A stretch of DNA of 64,000 bases from the human T2T-CHM13v2.0 reference genome, Homo sapiens: the NCBI RefSeq assembly GCF_009914755.1, contig NC_060947.1. The stretch is one strand, 5' to 3'. Of this stretch, positions 61,134-64,000 are shown piece after piece (positions within the stretch are counted from its first letter, which is position 1; the number at the start of each line of letters is the position of its first letter). The notes beneath the pieces were generated by a model. It did not search any database and had not been told where the DNA came from. It worked only from the letters and a program-made list of their open reading frames with translations. The translations under genes were made by a program, and so were the position numbers.

Positions 61134-64000
61134 TTCCCACCTCTAAAGAAGTACATCTAACTGCTGTTGGAATAAGAATAAGGATAAGGATGAAGACTAA
61201 TCTTAACTGCTTCCTGCTGACAGGGGGTGCTGTTTTGAGAAAATGGCAGTCAGATCCCCCTTGGAGGCCTATCTAAGGGTTCCCAGAAGAAAAGGCCATT
61301 GTCCAAGGCTCTGGTTGCATGAACTTTTGGAGGTTGATAGCCTGAAGACAAGAAAAGACAGACAAACTGTGTTGTTAGAAAGCGTGTCAAAATGAAACAA
61401 GGGGAGGGATAAGAACAAATAAAAAATCATGAGGCATTTTACCAGTTGCACAGGGAGAGGGAAGCCAAAAGCCTGACTGGTAAAAAAAACAAAAAGAAAA
61501 AAACAAAACAAAACAAAACAAACAAAAAAAAACTGTACCTTTTGCTGGGATGTTTGGTTTCTGGGTTTCTTCCCCTGAGCCAAATAATAAGCCAATCAGT
61601 TTAAGATTTGGGAAATTAACTCTTTCCAGTTTGGAGGATGCATCTGAGGGGAATGTTGTATAGTATGGAGGCACAATTACCTGTCTGTGAAGAGAGAACC
61701 AAGGGGGAGAAAGGAAAAAAGAAGGCATTTTTTCAAAGGATTCCCAGGGTTTCAGCATGCATTCGAAAGGGGTACAGACTGAAGATGAATGGCCAACCAT
61801 CTAGAAAGAGAGGATCAGGCATCTGTGGTTCCCATCTCTTCCTAGCAGATAACAGCTTACATGAGGGAGAGAAGGAAGAGTGTCCTCTTTCCCTCTTCTG
61901 TCCTTGCATTTCTGAGTCCTGGTGACCTTGGAAGGCACCACGATGGGTGCCAAAGCAGCTTGCACCCATGAAGCAGGGGGGTCTAGGGGTTGGAAATTAT
62001 CAGCTCTACCCACCTATGCCCTATATCCCCTGCTGTCAGTAGCCTTGAATTCCCTAGACTTCATTTATGCCATCGATACTAACATGACCTTTATCCATGA
62101 ATTGGGAAGATTGGCTTGATCGTCAGGAATCAGCCACACTCACCTGCACTGTGTCTTTTAACTTCTGTTATCATCTGCCCCTGGATCCCTAAGATCCAGT
62201 TTTACATTCTAGGGCTTTGGCCCAAAGCTTGGAATTGAGTTTGGAACAGAAATGTCTCTTGGGAGCAGGGGGAGGAGGGGGGTTCGGGGTTGCATGGACT
62301 CCTTATCATAAGCTGAATGCTAAGGTGAAGTTGTGGAATTGAGTCCTCCTCCAACAAGGGAGCAAAAATAATGTTTTGTGACACACCCAGATAACTGGTG
62401 GCTATAGTTATGCTTGCTAAGACTTGGGTGCATGGTGCTTGGCTTTTGTTAGCGCCCTTGGTCTTACTTTCCCAAAAAGGAAACCTCCAAGTGATGGGCA
62501 TCCTATTTATTCCCATCACCCGGCAGGATTTGCAGGATAATTGCTCAGAACTAGAATATTGATCCAGATTTTTACTTTACACATCCCTTTTCTTCTTTCT
62601 GACCTGCAGCCAGAGATTGCTGGTTGGTTCACAGGAACAAGCAGGGTTAGACTAAAAATGTAGGCAAACACTTAAAAACAATTAATGAGTCTAGAATTTA
62701 ATGACAAATGCATGATAACTTTTGAAACATAATTTCTCTCTCCAGTCCTCATTTTTGTTAAAAAAAAAAAAGAAAAAAAACATGATAGGACTGAGTTGTT
62801 TGCAAAATATACTTTAGTCTTAGCCTGATTATTTGCACAAAGTGCAGCAAGAATAACTATTTCTACATAGGCCTTTTAGACTGGCTTTGATGGAACTCTG
62901 TTCCACAAGGAATCTCAGATAAGACCTTTTAAAGCTGAGCCCAGCCATGGGCTTGTATCCTCAAATACTTGTGAGTTGGCTGATTCTTTCCTCTTGAGGG
63001 CCCATAATAAACTTGAAGCTCCTGGACCTGTCAGAAAGTGACATTCTTTACTTACCACAGGTCAGGAACCCTGTACAGGGACTGCATAGGCAAGGGCGTG
63101 AGACCAGTCTTCCCACGGGGCTTTTATTGGCTCTTCATGTCAAGATTGTCTCCTTAAAGGGAAACATACCCTTCCAGTCAAAGTCTTGATAAAATAACGA
63201 CTTTCTCCAATTGGGTCCTGTTGCAAAAGATGCAAACAACTGTACTGCCATAGGTTAAGAATACTCGCAGATAGTTTTCAAATTCTAGAGGAACCATGCA
63301 GAGAGAAACAAACATGCTCCAAATTTTGTTCACAGGCGTATACCTTACTCAATTATTAAAGGTTGTAAATAGCTCAAAATAAGTTTCCTTGACTCCAATA
63401 AACAGAACTAAGATTAGCAATATTCCAAGCAAAAGTTAAAAAGTTGTTTCAGCTTTCTGAGTTTAGTTCATTTAGTTCTTGCTTTGCTTGATATTGGTGA
63501 ACATTTTAGCTCTTCATGAGTTCTGTAAATTTTCCTATATTTCAATGTTACAATCTCCAAAATTATTAGAAACCTGTATTTGAGAGCACTTGTCAGAGTC
63601 CTGTAGCTTATTATAAACCATCATTTGAAAAGGATTAAACCAAGACAACAGTTGTCTGTGAATAGCAAAATGTCCAGGGCAGTTACGGTTAGAAACACAA
63701 TTGTTTATCTCTGTGGTTTACAATAACATAACAACCTAATTATGATTGATAGCATATACTCTGACATTAGAATTTTAGAAATCCCATACAATTTTAGAAC
63801 CTATATTAGCAGTATCTACCAAAATACAACTAAAGAAGATTGAACATTATTTTGGCAATTTCATGTAACTAAGCATGTCAAATAATCCTGTTTAGCTCTT
63901 TTCTAGATGTTTCAGGGGCTCTCTGATCCATCTAAAAAGCCAGGCATGAAGAAAGACAATACTGAAACTGAAGTTTGATTTTGGGAAGGCTGTTAAATAC
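61134..64000 (-). mobile_element. ERV1 internal sequence (MER61-int/MER4-group), non-coding, runs off the window edge
   Basis: Contiguous with the LTR and PPT; MER4-group-like motifs (gaaagtgacattctttacttaccacaggtcaggaaccctgtacaggg, gcagagagaaacaaacatgctccaaa); gag-like stub at ~61735-61800. Confidence 0.78.

Overview
Primate (hominoid, very probably human) AT-rich genomic DNA. Most of the window is interspersed repeat: LINE-1 of many ages, Alu, MIR, L2, L3/CR1, ERV LTRs and Tc1/mariner DNA transposons. No host protein-coding gene, RNA gene, CRISPR array or prokaryotic system can be supported. The one long intact ORF is a 1275-aa LINE-1 ORF2 (9185-13012, minus strand) in a 5'-truncated L1PA2/3-type copy with a 10-bp TSD. 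Its RT and CCHC motifs are intact, but the endonuclease catalytic Glu43 is mutated to Lys. That element sits in a nested stack: an old L1MB hosts a MER44/Tigger7 element, which in turn hosts a near full-length HSMAR1 and a MER2/MER8-type MITE. Other points of note: a probable 5' transduction ahead of a full-length L1PB1, a 5'-inverted L1MA2, a truncated HERV-L, a MER11 solo LTR, a MER61 provirus, a solo mariner TIR, a 25-bp AT-rich VNTR, a GGAA microsatellite and a few weak candidate exons in non-repeat islands. Subfamily names come from recalled consensus features, not an alignment, and many boundaries are approximate. I found no convincing previously undescribed system; the findings are insertion-mechanism oddities and testable hypotheses.
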